Shown here in pieces: positions 1 through 9,803 of a stretch of 64,000 nucleotides of DNA; the first letter of the stretch is position 1, and every line of letters begins with the position of its first letter. The notes below the pieces were generated by a model, which did no database searches, was not told where the DNA came from, and worked only from the letters and a program-made list of their open reading frames with translations. The DNA comes from a virus. The stretch is taken from the IMG/VR virus record IMGVR_UViG_3300023178_001963, one strand, 5' to 3'. The position numbers and the translations under genes were made by a program.

Positions 1-1187
1 ATAAGTTTAATTTCTAACCATAGATCATCATCAACATCATCATGGTGCTGCATGATTATTTTACAATTTTCGATAAATCTGTCTTCGTTTCCACGGTATA
101 AATCCATACTAGCAAAATGTGCGCTCATATTGACACTATTTATATACTGTGTTGCCTCACGCCAAAACTTAGTACTGCGACTACCATTTGTAGTTACCAG
201 CGTCCATTGATTTTTAGATTTCAAATGCTTTAAGATATCAATAAATTGAGGATGCATTGTAGGCTCTCCTCCACCAAAGTTCCATCTGATTTGATCTCCG
301 CCGCTCCAATGTTCAATAATCATATCTATCGTTTCGATAACTGATTCATATGTAGGAAATCTTTCTGTGTTACTATGAACTGCTGGCCAGCAATAATCAC
401 AAGCATAATTACATCTTCTACCAATATCCCATAATATCTGATATGGTATAGGAAAGTTCATTTCTACAGCGACTCCTTTGTCAATAGATTGTGCTGTGTA
501 ATCATCGCCACCTCGTTCCGTTCCAGAATAACCGTTATGAGTCACATCTAAAAACTTTATATGCTTTTTTGTTTTTGCTTTACTTAATATAACATCAGCA
601 CCGCAGCCACAATTATTAAATGGACATACTACATACTCTTCGGGTATATCTATACCTTCACGGATATTACCTAATAGACCCCAATTGTCTGGTATATCAT
701 CTAGTGTACTTTCCCATTTCCAAGCACTAGCAGTTGTATCTATTTTTTCTTTTATCATATTTCTACCTAAATTACTAAAGAATGCTTCTTCAGTTTCTTT
801 TAGGGTCTGCTGTAATTTTACGTGTTGTTCACAAGTTTCCCAGCCTATTTTTGGAAGAGGCCAACCCCCTTCTGTATTTTCATTATACCATTCAATATGA
901 GGATATGGACCAAAAACACGTTCACGTTCAAGTCTCCATTCTTCTACAACTGTATTATAATGTGCGCTACTATTTCTGTGGCTACTAGCACAGTTTGCAT
1001 TCCATATGTTACCGTCGTAATCAATATAAAGTCCTCGGACACCCGCACTACACTTCCATCCCTTCCAAGAGTTATGACCTCTAGCAATCGCTTCGTCTAC
1101 ACTCATTCTAATGAACTTGCCATCCGAACCATACAAACGCAATTGCTTATTGTCTAGTGGGATGCTTGGATCTTCTTTAATCGGCAT
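1..1187 (-). CDS. Radical SAM protein with N-terminal SPASM/Twitch-like domain (runs off window edge; absent from ORF track)
   Basis: Manual translation from ATG at 1187 (MPIKEDPSIP...) is open to the window edge; CxxxCxxC (RRCNYACDYC), GGGEPT, TTNGS; N-terminal WKGWKCSAG..IDYDGNIW..C and CPFNNCGCGAD. Confidence 0.85.
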   Translation of the reverse strand, partial: MPIKEDPSIPLDNKQLRLYGSDGKFIRMSVDEAIARGHNSWKGWKCSAGVRGLYIDYDGNIWNANCASSHRNSSAHYNTVVEEWRLERERVFGPYPHIEWYNENTEGGWPLPKIGWETCEQHVKLQQTLKETEEAFFSNLGRNMIKEKIDTTASAWKWESTLDDIPDNWGLLGNIREGIDIPEEYVVCPFNNCGCGADVILSKAKTKKHIKFLDVTHNGYSGTERGGDDYTAQSIDKGVAVEMNFPIPYQILWDIGRRCNYACDYCWPAVHSNTERFPTYESVIETIDMIIEHWSGGDQIRWNFGGGEPTMHPQFIDILKHLKSKNQWTLVTTNGSRSTKFWREATQYINSVNMSAHFASMDLYRGNEDRFIENCKIIMQHHDDVDDDLWLEIKL

Positions 1188-2184
1188 CTTCCAAAACCTC
1201 ATAACAATCAGCAGGTAATACTTTTTTACTCATAATGTCAAAGTTACAATGACACATACTTTTTGTACACATAGTAGGTTTTCTAGGCCACTTGATATTC
1301 TTAGGGTCTTTCATATTACCAAATGCACCACCAACTCTACACCAGCCGATCATAACACTTCCGTCAAAATCTACAACAATCTGTTCTATGCCACTCCAGC
1401 AATACCAGCCTTCCCAGTCATTTGTTTTATCGTTAATAAATCTATGTGCGCTGCTGTTCTGCTTTAAATCATTCACATCGTCACACATATCCATACTACC
1501 GCGGTATATCTTCCACTGCTTATCATACTTGATTTTACTACCCAACAGTTTCCATTGGTCATCGATATATTTGATTTGTTCTTCACTGTAAGAGTAAAGA
1601 GTTTCACCAAAATCAATAATCAACGGCTGTAGTGCTAATGAGATATTAGGTATTTCAATAACTTTTTCGGCAACGTCTACACAAGTAGGCCAGATTTCAG
1701 GATTGTAATGCATCATAATATTAACATGTGTTCTACACTGTTGACTCATAATTTTAACAACTTCTAAAAAGTGTTCTGGATTTCCTTCTTCTGGATGAAA
1801 ACTTAAACACACGTGGTCGAACTTTTCTTTATTCTTCTCCCACCATCTTATAGTTCTACTACTGTTACTGATAAATCCTATATCATGTCCTATTTCTTTA
1901 ATGTATTCAGCACACTTAACAAAGTCTTTCCATAGTGTAACTTCACCGCCTGTAAATTCAAAATATACAGTTCTAGGAGAGTAATGCTCAACAACTTCAT
2001 CGATAAAACCTTTAACTACGTCAAAATCATTCCATCCAAAGCTACCGTCGTTAAGAATACTAGGACAATAAGAACATGTAAAGTTACACATGTTGCCTAA
2101 ATTCCAATTAACTACGACCCAATCTTTACATTCTTCATGGTGATGATCTAGTCTATTATAAAAGTTCTGTGGTCCTAATGGCAT
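1177..2184 (-). CDS. Radical SAM protein with C-terminal SPASM/Twitch-like domain
   Basis: CNFTCSYC, TGGEVT, ISNSSR; C-terminal CWSG..VDFDGSV..WC..CTKSMCHC. Confidence 0.9.
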   Translation of the reverse strand: MPLGPQNFYNRLDHHHEECKDWVVVNWNLGNMCNFTCSYCPSILNDGSFGWNDFDVVKGFIDEVVEHYSPRTVYFEFTGGEVTLWKDFVKCAEYIKEIGHDIGFISNSSRTIRWWEKNKEKFDHVCLSFHPEEGNPEHFLEVVKIMSQQCRTHVNIMMHYNPEIWPTCVDVAEKVIEIPNISLALQPLIIDFGETLYSYSEEQIKYIDDQWKLLGSKIKYDKQWKIYRGSMDMCDDVNDLKQNSSAHRFINDKTNDWEGWYCWSGIEQIVVDFDGSVMIGWCRVGGAFGNMKDPKNIKWPRKPTMCTKSMCHCNFDIMSKKVLPADCYEVLEDAD

Positions 2185-2192
2185 AATAGCTC

Positions 2193-3170
2193 CTATCTAT
2201 CCCAACCAGTCGATTTTTCTGTTGCTAGTGGATTAGCAACACGTTTTGGATTTGTATATACCTTCTTAAAGAATTGAGCAACCTCTGGGGTTGGATCACA
2301 AATCTCCATACCGATATCGTCTGCTAGTGTATCGCCTACTCTTAATACATCTTCGTATAATGTATCATAGTCCCATGTTAATCTAGTTGAAGTGCAAATC
2401 TCATCTCCACCTTCATACTGTGGGAATATCTCATTATAAAAATAATCATTAAACCAATCATAGCTAGATATACATTCTAACACAAAGTCATCTTTAAAAC
2501 AAACATCATGACATCCCAATCTAGCACCATATAAAGCCCAAAGCCCGTTTTCAACATCGGCGCCTATATTACACCATGTCAAAAGACGTTCATAATTCTT
2601 TGGCCATAACCTGTCTTTGAACTCTTCTGGCTTTACACGATTACCTTCATCAAGTGACATTTTAACACCTTCACGGAAACCGGCACGAAATGCTTGGAAA
2701 GGTGAACCTGCGTTAAACACCATTGAATATACGTTGTTCATATGAACATAATCTAAGTCCCAACAGAAGTCAACTTTCTTTGTTTCGTCTTCTGCGTTTT
2801 CGTGGGTTTTCATTTCTAGTACCAAGTCTACTGGCCAACATTTGATTCCGCCGTTACCGTAAACTAAACCATTAACAACATTCTTCGCACCCCAAGAAAT
2901 AATAGAACGTGAAATATTTGTTTTTTCAGGAAAGACTAGTTCTAAATCAAAGAACTTTTTGTCAACTATATTATCACCATCAATTGTGATAAATCTATCG
3001 GTTTCGCTTGCCCTAGCACATGCTTTATGTGCGTTATCAAATCCTTTAACGCCATCTACTCTTTTTGCCCATGGGCATTTACGCAAAACATCTGCCCAAT
3101 GTTCTTCTTTGTTGGGTTCATCATAGCTTAGATAAAAAACATCTGTCTCAGCTACCCGCAAAATTGTCAT
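2193..3170 (-). CDS. Putative glycosyltransferase-like (GT-A) protein
   Basis: N-terminal FYLSYDEP..AHKACA..FITIDGDN (DxD motif). Confidence 0.6.
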   Translation of the reverse strand: MTILRVAETDVFYLSYDEPNKEEHWADVLRKCPWAKRVDGVKGFDNAHKACARASETDRFITIDGDNIVDKKFFDLELVFPEKTNISRSIISWGAKNVVNGLVYGNGGIKCWPVDLVLEMKTHENAEDETKKVDFCWDLDYVHMNNVYSMVFNAGSPFQAFRAGFREGVKMSLDEGNRVKPEEFKDRLWPKNYERLLTWCNIGADVENGLWALYGARLGCHDVCFKDDFVLECISSYDWFNDYFYNEIFPQYEGGDEICTSTRLTWDYDTLYEDVLRVGDTLADDIGMEICDPTPEVAQFFKKVYTNPKRVANPLATEKSTGWDR

Positions 3171-3171
3171 T

Positions 3172-3756
3172 TTAATCTCCTAATGAATATGTACTGAAAA
3201 CATAACGTGTATAAACACTTATGTCATATTTATGTTCGTAGTTAATGTGTATCTCTTTGCCTGTTAGAATCTCTGAAAACTTAATTTTCAAATCTTCTAC
3301 TATAAACTCAGGTTCGTCTTTTAATGTGATGTAAAAACGGTGATCTAATTTACCACCTATTTTTACTTTTTCAGAAGCGTCTGGTACAAAATAATCACGC
3401 AATAAATCTGTGGCACGTATTGTTATGCCGTCATCCACAATCTTTACGATTACTTCTGGATTGTCAGTACGTTCTATCTTCTTAACATATGTTGTCAAGT
3501 TATTAGACTTGTATTCTTCACTTGTTAATTTTTTTAGATGATGATTCAAAGTTTTACTATCGTAGAATACTTTATAGTCACGCAATCTTTCCGTGCCTAC
3601 AACTAACCCCATAATATCTTTAATTTCAAAATATGCGTGTTGTACACCAGGTTCTTCTGAAATTCTATTATCGATTGAAAGTATAACCCCTCGGTCATCA
3701 AAGTGGATGATTTTGAACTCAGTATTCCAATCTATTTCTTTAATACTCTTAATCAT
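3172..3756 (-). CDS. Hypothetical protein
   Basis: 194-aa ORF translationally coupled in the operon. Confidence 0.7.
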   Translation of the reverse strand: MIKSIKEIDWNTEFKIIHFDDRGVILSIDNRISEEPGVQHAYFEIKDIMGLVVGTERLRDYKVFYDSKTLNHHLKKLTSEEYKSNNLTTYVKKIERTDNPEVIVKIVDDGITIRATDLLRDYFVPDASEKVKIGGKLDHRFYITLKDEPEFIVEDLKIKFSEILTGKEIHINYEHKYDISVYTRYVFSTYSLGD

Positions 3757-4610
3757 AGTACCACACCTTCATACTTTTTTATGATACTATGTGTTAGCCA
3801 ATCTTTTTCAACATAATGAAATGGATAAATTTGTTCAAAATTTCCAACAGTTAATGTTAAATCGTCTGCTACGTTAGAAAATATATCAGTATTCCAAATG
3901 TTAGATATTTTATGCTTGGGTATATTTTGTATATGACTCTTCATATGCACAAATGTTGGGTATGATTTAATACTGTAGTCGCACACTAACTCTTCAATAT
4001 CCATAAACTTTACTGCTAACGCATATGCGATATCAGCACTCATCCAATCTTGTCCGCTTCCACGTAGATGCTGTTCATACACATCTTCCCAGTTTGTCAT
4101 AATTTTTTCTACAGTTTTGAAAAAATCATATGCAAACTCTGATTTATTGAAGTATGAGAAATTACTGTAAACATTTGGCAAATCAAGTGACGTAAACTTT
4201 TTTCTATAGAAGTCGCTTGTTACTTCTTCATTTCTAAATGTCTTTACATTTGTACACAACCAAACATCTTTTTGCGCTAGATAATCCCACCAATGATCAA
4301 CACTATGAGTGAATATCATATCACTATCTAGTATAATAGTTTCATCATATGGAGACATGTGAATATACTTCCACTTGTTTTCTATCTTCCAAGTAGATTC
4401 ATCTGCTTCATCTTCCCACGGAATATCTACAATATGGTCAAACACTTTTCTATGTTTATCAGTAATTAAAGTTTTTGTGTATTCATCTACACATACACAA
4501 ATAGAGTTTTCACGTTGTGTTGCTTTAAGACTTAATGCTAACGCATATGTCATTCTTAGATAGTCATGCTTTTTGTTATTTTGAACTATAACAATATACC
4601 CTCTACTCAT
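3753..4610 (-). CDS. Putative GT-A nucleotide-sugar transferase
   Basis: SPYDETIILDSD DxD motif, late FVHMK; paralogous to the adjacent gene. Confidence 0.65.
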   Translation of the reverse strand: MSRGYIVIVQNNKKHDYLRMTYALALSLKATQRENSICVCVDEYTKTLITDKHRKVFDHIVDIPWEDEADESTWKIENKWKYIHMSPYDETIILDSDMIFTHSVDHWWDYLAQKDVWLCTNVKTFRNEEVTSDFYRKKFTSLDLPNVYSNFSYFNKSEFAYDFFKTVEKIMTNWEDVYEQHLRGSGQDWMSADIAYALAVKFMDIEELVCDYSIKSYPTFVHMKSHIQNIPKHKISNIWNTDIFSNVADDLTLTVGNFEQIYPFHYVEKDWLTHSIIKKYEGVVL

Positions 4611-5476
4611 GCCAAGCCTCCAAATTCCAATAAGCTATCCATATGTCTTTCAATAGAACGCTTATTCATAATATGAAGGTCACAATTTTTAAATCTACTT
4701 AGTACACATTCTTTAGACTTCTTAAGAGTAGATGTTGTAAGAACCATTTCCTTTTCGCTGCTAACCTTGTATATGTCATTTGTATCATAGCTATTCATAA
4801 GATATTTTATAGGTAGTTCTGGAACTGTATACTTTACATTACCATTTAAAATATGAAGAGCAATTGAAAACGCATAATCATTTCTGAATAGTGCGCCTTC
4901 ACAATTGTATAAGTTGTAGTAATACATATAATGTTCTTTAACATTATGTATCATACTGAATAGACTTTCAGTAAATACTGTTTTTCTAAAATAGAACACA
5001 GTCGCCCAATACATATCAATTGAATAATCGTCTATTTTTACCACGTTATTATCTTTATCTTCTCCGCCGGATATATCCCTATAACTTTTTGTAATCATAA
5101 AATCATTATGACTATCCCAAACACCGTCTAGTGCGTTACTCATTACAAAATAATCACAATCTATTACTAGTGTTTGTGCGTATGGAGAGATATCAAAAAC
5201 AGAACTTCTACTTGCGTTTATAAATTTAGCATATTCTGTATCATCTGCTGTATCACGGTATAGTCTATTTGTATAAAACCCACGATTGTCTAATGTGATA
5301 ACTCTATCAAACGCACGACTTACCAATTCTTCATCATACTCAGAATGTACATCAGTGACTAAGCAAATTTCATCAAATCCAGACAAATTCTTTCTAGCAT
5401 AGCCAGCACTTGCGCAAGCTATCTTTACGTAGTCAACGTAATCATTGTTTTGTGCAAATAATAAAATACCCTTCAT
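4607..5476 (-). CDS. Putative GT-A nucleotide-sugar transferase
   Basis: SPYAQTLVIDCD DxD motif, FRNDYAFSIA, LHIMNK. Confidence 0.65.
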   Translation of the reverse strand: MKGILLFAQNNDYVDYVKIACASAGYARKNLSGFDEICLVTDVHSEYDEELVSRAFDRVITLDNRGFYTNRLYRDTADDTEYAKFINASRSSVFDISPYAQTLVIDCDYFVMSNALDGVWDSHNDFMITKSYRDISGGEDKDNNVVKIDDYSIDMYWATVFYFRKTVFTESLFSMIHNVKEHYMYYYNLYNCEGALFRNDYAFSIALHILNGNVKYTVPELPIKYLMNSYDTNDIYKVSSEKEMVLTTSTLKKSKECVLSRFKNCDLHIMNKRSIERHMDSLLEFGGLA

Positions 5477-5868
5477 TATAATTCTAGTGCCACATCAATC
5501 CTTCTGGAGCTTCTTAATTGCTCGTATTCCAAGTAATACTCATTTACAGCAAAAAAGTATACATCTGAAATTTTATCTAAAAATTCTTTTGTGTTATTAA
5601 TGATTATAGGTAGTCTATTCTTGTCAAGTATAATAGCCTCTTCTCTACCAGATGAAACTATAAAGTTAACAAAACCTATAAGTTCAGGCGATACTTCAAA
5701 TGTACCTCCATTCATACTGTATGACAATAAATTATCTACTTTAGCTTTGATGTTTTCTTTATTCAAGTTAAAGGTCTTCATAGCGTTTTTCATATGAAGA
5801 GCATTTTCGATTTTTTCTTTTTGTAAGTTTCTATTTAAATCATCATTCGATGGTTTTCTCTTAGCCAT
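5476..5868 (-). CDS. Hypothetical protein, first gene of the GT/radical-SAM operon
   Basis: 130-aa ORF, AGGAG RBS, directly below a sigma70 promoter. Confidence 0.75.
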   Translation of the reverse strand: MAKRKPSNDDLNRNLQKEKIENALHMKNAMKTFNLNKENIKAKVDNLLSYSMNGGTFEVSPELIGFVNFIVSSGREEAIILDKNRLPIIINNTKEFLDKISDVYFFAVNEYYLEYEQLRSSRRIDVALEL

Positions 5869-5894
5869 ACGTGTACTCCTGATATAATACTACA

Positions 5895-5923
5895 ATTATA
5901 CACTATATGATTTTTGTTGTCAA
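5895..5923 (-). promoter_or_regulatory. sigma70-type promoter TTGACA-17-TATAAT
   Basis: Reverse complement reads TTGACA acaaaaatcatatagtg TATAAT, perfect consensus. Confidence 0.85.
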
Positions 5924-5926
5924 CTA

Positions 5927-7957
5927 CTATATTACTTCATCGTAAATAGTATAGTCTGTTGTTGGAGAATATGATATAGATGAGTCAGTAACACCAGTGA
6001 TTTGGCCTATTGTACCATTTGCAAATGCTACGACCCCACCCACTAAACTTAATGTAGATATATCTAATCCATTATCACTAAAGTATGTTCCTGAACCGAC
6101 ATTGTTTGTATTGCTTGAATACGCACTAGTTGTGTTAAGAGTAGGAAGACCGTTTAGTAGATTTGTTTCTTCTATACCAGACTGGAATAGCCCTACTACT
6201 TGAACTCCGCTACCAGCACCTGTACCACCATTAACAGAATTTATGATAATGTTTTGTTCTTCGTTTAGTATTCTAGTAGCATTGAATGTTGCACCAACGG
6301 ATGTACCAAGATAAACAATTTCTGTTTCTTTAACAATAAATCTTTGTCCGTTCGCTGGATTTGTAACCTTTCTAGTGTAACCGATTTCGTCTTGTATTGT
6401 TCTGCCGCTATCAACCCAAGAAGACCCATTCCATTCATAAACGATACCAGTCTGTGCGTCAATAAGAATATTAGCATCAAGACCACCTGTAAAATTAATA
6501 TCAGCATATGTACTACCACCTTGAGAGTGGCTATAATACCCATATGGGGCTTCGCCTTTAAATACTGCCAATCGTGGATCGCTATCTAAATCTACAGTTA
6601 TCTCTGAAGAGATTTGATAGTTTTCCAGATCGTTCCAATGTGTTGTATAAAACTTAAATGTGTCACCTTGTCTTTGTACTTTTATTCGTGCTTGATCTGG
6701 ATACCAAGCATTAGAAACTGTTGAACCAGTTGTAAATGATATATTTGCTATTACATACTGAGGCAACCATGGTCCATTTTCAGTATAAAATACCCCCCAA
6801 TGCCCAGTTGGTTGTTGACCACCTTTTGTACGAGCAGCAACTAGTGCTTTGTTGGTCGTACCGTCTCTCACAAAAGCAGCAATAAGACCGATAGTATCGT
6901 CATCCCATGTAGCTACAGAATATACTGTACCTTCAAAAGTAAAATCGCTGTGAGTTGTTGGTGAAATGAACCCGCCACCCAGAGAAGTATTTGTAGGTTG
7001 AACAAAACTTTCAGTATTAGTATCATAATACCAATCAGCAGCTTGCCCTCCAGGAGTTGTACCGCCAGGATAATAATTTCCTCCATCAAATCTGTCCCAA
7101 CTGTTGAAAATGTCTTGTTGTGTTGGTGGAACAAGTGTTTGTGTAGCAGCAGTAGCATCACCGGAATCCCTATAGATATAAGACTCTTGTTCCGGTAGAG
7201 GGGTAATGTTTATATAAACATTTCCTGTTTGTGTTTCTGTTCCATTAGTAACAGTGTATTGAAATCCGGCTGGTTGACCAGAAAGCCCTGTCGAAACAAA
7301 CTCAATAGTAGTACCATTTAAACTTAATGTACCATTAGTTGGATTTTGAACAGATGATACACTTAGTGATAAACCCTGTCCATCAATATCGTTTGATACT
7401 AGGTCAGAAGAACTTAGTAAAAGAGTTTCAGCTTGTCTCAAATCATATGTATCAGATACAGCAATAATAGGCGGTATCGCTACAACATTCATTGTTACAG
7501 TGCCTTGTTTTGTAATATTAGATGAGTTTCTAGCTGTATATGTAAAACTTGCTGCTACACCAACTCCACCAGTACTTGTAAATTCAATGTTAGAACCACT
7601 AAGAACAACCGTACCATTAACTGCGTTAGAAACAGATATGATTGTCAAAGGGTCTTGATTATTACTATATTCATCAACTGCGCCATTTAAAATATCTGCG
7701 ATTGGTATAGTAGCAGTATATGTTGTGTATACTTCAAATGAATTAGTAGGAAGAATAATTTGATAATTAGATAAACCGTAAAAATCACTAAAAGACACAG
7801 GATCACCTGTATTCTTTCCTAATACATCACCGATAGATGCTAAAAATTGTGAAGACGCAATTGCGGTAGCAGAAGGCCTTGCAGCTTCCGGAAGTCGTGT
7901 ACTAAATTCTGTTCTGATGTCGGACATAGAAATAGGTCCGGTACTTTGTAGTGGCAA
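5927..7957 (-). CDS. Virion fibre/adhesin-like protein with two cadherin/Ig-like domains and a lectin-like domain
   Basis: TTG start after AGGAGAGAG; N-terminus MPLQSTGPISMSDIRTEF typical of fibre-associated proteins; two D..D.L.I.SV.N..NGT..F.YT modules. Confidence 0.6.
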   Translation of the reverse strand: MPLQSTGPISMSDIRTEFSTRLPEAARPSATAIASSQFLASIGDVLGKNTGDPVSFSDFYGLSNYQIILPTNSFEVYTTYTATIPIADILNGAVDEYSNNQDPLTIISVSNAVNGTVVLSGSNIEFTSTGGVGVAASFTYTARNSSNITKQGTVTMNVVAIPPIIAVSDTYDLRQAETLLLSSSDLVSNDIDGQGLSLSVSSVQNPTNGTLSLNGTTIEFVSTGLSGQPAGFQYTVTNGTETQTGNVYINITPLPEQESYIYRDSGDATAATQTLVPPTQQDIFNSWDRFDGGNYYPGGTTPGGQAADWYYDTNTESFVQPTNTSLGGGFISPTTHSDFTFEGTVYSVATWDDDTIGLIAAFVRDGTTNKALVAARTKGGQQPTGHWGVFYTENGPWLPQYVIANISFTTGSTVSNAWYPDQARIKVQRQGDTFKFYTTHWNDLENYQISSEITVDLDSDPRLAVFKGEAPYGYYSHSQGGSTYADINFTGGLDANILIDAQTGIVYEWNGSSWVDSGRTIQDEIGYTRKVTNPANGQRFIVKETEIVYLGTSVGATFNATRILNEEQNIIINSVNGGTGAGSGVQVVGLFQSGIEETNLLNGLPTLNTTSAYSSNTNNVGSGTYFSDNGLDISTLSLVGGVVAFANGTIGQITGVTDSSISYSPTTDYTIYDEVI

Positions 7958-7982
7958 AGCTCTCTCCTAATATTACTATTAG

Positions 7983-7989
7983 TATTTAT
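7983..7989 (-). promoter_or_regulatory. T4-type late promoter (ATAAATA)
   Basis: ATAAATA ~26 nt upstream of the 7957 start; gp55 is encoded in this window. Confidence 0.6.
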
Positions 7990-9062
7990 TAATTATTAGG
8001 ACTATTTGGATTATAAAGAGTGCCTTCCATATCGTGTAGAATTTGATATGTTGGAGAAGGTGAAATAACACCTAAGCGTGATGGATGAGGGTCGTCTGCT
8101 CTTTGCTGTGAAACGTTCATACTAAGAACACCTTGGATTTGACCTGTTATATAGTTACTGTATCCACCGTAGCCACCATAACCACTATAACCACTGTATC
8201 CTGTATAACCACAGTATCCACCATAAGTATTTAAATGTTCATTATTTAAGAAATATACTGCTACATCAATTTGATGATCTGAATGTAGTTTCGCCCATAC
8301 TTCATAAGCGTTATTAGGCAGACCTATATAATTGGCTCTTTTTGTGTAAACATTTTGATAGCTACCAATAAGACCGGTATATCCTAAACCAGGAGTACCT
8401 GCGCCCTTACTTGATACTGTTTCGCTGTGTTGAATTTTCACTACCCCAATATCAAACAATAGTCTATGCCATCCTTCAGATGTATCAAAGTGATAACCTT
8501 CAGGTATATCAGGAAGGTTAGGATCTAATTCTGATTCAATTCTAATTTCACCGCCGGCATTAAAGAAGTGTCTCATTGAGTCTGCGTCAACAAAATTAAC
8601 TCTAAATTCGTACCATTGATTTTCTTGTCCCCACTGTTCATCTGTGGGGTCTGGTTCGCATACGACAAATTCATTCATAGAACTTACTAGGTTACTTTGA
8701 ATGCTCATTTTAGATAAAGTATAATTTAGTTTGTTTGCTCTTAGCTCTTCTATGTCATCCATAATCTTTGCCATATGAGCAACAACTTCAGCTTTAGTTC
8801 TAAAGTCACCGTTAAGTAATGTCGTAGGAGTAGTTAACAAAGTTCCCTGATGAACTGCTGCAAACTTCATAGCATCAAATAATCTAAGCCAGTGTCTTCT
8901 ACTTATTCGTGTCCCACTTGTTATCAAATTCACAAACAATTGATCTTGTCCGTATCCAGCATCTCCTGATCCTAGCGCAACGACTTCGTTAATATCGTTA
9001 GCTAGTTGGTTATAATCTTTTGCTTTAAAGTAACTTACAATCGGATAACTTTGCGGCGACAT
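7989..9062 (-). CDS. Putative virion structural protein with Gly-Tyr repeat
   Basis: In the baseplate/fibre operon; GDAGYGQ, RHFFNAGGEIRI; YGGYCGYTGYSGYSGYGGYGGY tract. Confidence 0.6.
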   Translation of the reverse strand: MSPQSYPIVSYFKAKDYNQLANDINEVVALGSGDAGYGQDQLFVNLITSGTRISRRHWLRLFDAMKFAAVHQGTLLTTPTTLLNGDFRTKAEVVAHMAKIMDDIEELRANKLNYTLSKMSIQSNLVSSMNEFVVCEPDPTDEQWGQENQWYEFRVNFVDADSMRHFFNAGGEIRIESELDPNLPDIPEGYHFDTSEGWHRLLFDIGVVKIQHSETVSSKGAGTPGLGYTGLIGSYQNVYTKRANYIGLPNNAYEVWAKLHSDHQIDVAVYFLNNEHLNTYGGYCGYTGYSGYSGYGGYGGYSNYITGQIQGVLSMNVSQQRADDPHPSRLGVISPSPTYQILHDMEGTLYNPNSPNN

Positions 9063-9072
9063 TCACTCTTCC

Positions 9073-9747
9073 TTAGTTTACTTGTATTGTTATTGTATAA
9101 TCTATCACTATCGTTCTATTTGCTGAAAGTAAAACTGGATGGAATGTTACATGTGTCAGCATTATTGTCTTGTCTTCGTCAAGTTCATTGCCGTTCTTAA
9201 CACCACTTAATAGTCCAATCTCATCAAATGTAAATGCTCTAACACTATCCATATCAGGTGAACTATCCGATACAGGCAAAGAAAGATTAGGGTCTACTGC
9301 CTGTACAGCAGCCTCATAATCTGTATGAGATATTTCAACTGAACATAGTATCTTTGCTGTATTCGCTGGAACAACTTCACCATTTCCCATGTCTTGTCCA
9401 GCATGAAATACTGTATTTACAGTCTCTTGTTCATATGTTTTAGCATATAATGTTGAGTTACTAGAAGTTATAGGAAGTTGATCGTATGTACCAAATACTC
9501 TTGGCGCACGATAAGAAAGCGCAGTTGTTGAATTAGAGCCGCCGTTACCGAATGCTAACCAATTAACAACGGGTGGGGCACCATTACTATTAACGCTTGT
9601 TGGATGACCGCCTAAGGCAGAAGCAAGAGCATATGCCATATTACCAGGATGAATGGCATTCTTCTTTTGAAGAAGAACTTTTCCACTATCCTTGTCATAA
9701 ATTTTTATTGTCCCTATGATTTGGGACTTTACATCATCTTTAAACAT
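9073..9747 (-). CDS. Putative baseplate/tail-fibre attachment protein
   Basis: KKNAIH..AFGNGG..FTFDEIGL..LTHVTFHPV..IDYTITI pattern; late promoter upstream. Confidence 0.6.
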   Translation of the reverse strand: MFKDDVKSQIIGTIKIYDKDSGKVLLQKKNAIHPGNMAYALASALGGHPTSVNSNGAPPVVNWLAFGNGGSNSTTALSYRAPRVFGTYDQLPITSSNSTLYAKTYEQETVNTVFHAGQDMGNGEVVPANTAKILCSVEISHTDYEAAVQAVDPNLSLPVSDSSPDMDSVRAFTFDEIGLLSGVKNGNELDEDKTIMLTHVTFHPVLLSANRTIVIDYTITIQVN

Positions 9748-9779
9748 TCTAGTCTCTCTTAAAAAGTTTTTATTCTATA

Positions 9780-9786
9780 TATTTAT
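9780..9786 (-). promoter_or_regulatory. T4-type late promoter (ATAAATA)
   Basis: Intergenic ATAAATA upstream of the 9747 start. Confidence 0.6.
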
Positions 9787-9803
9787 CATTTTAACAAATT
9801 ATG

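Noticed and set aside
685-1591. Short plus-strand ORFs
   Set aside because: Antisense to the two radical-SAM genes.
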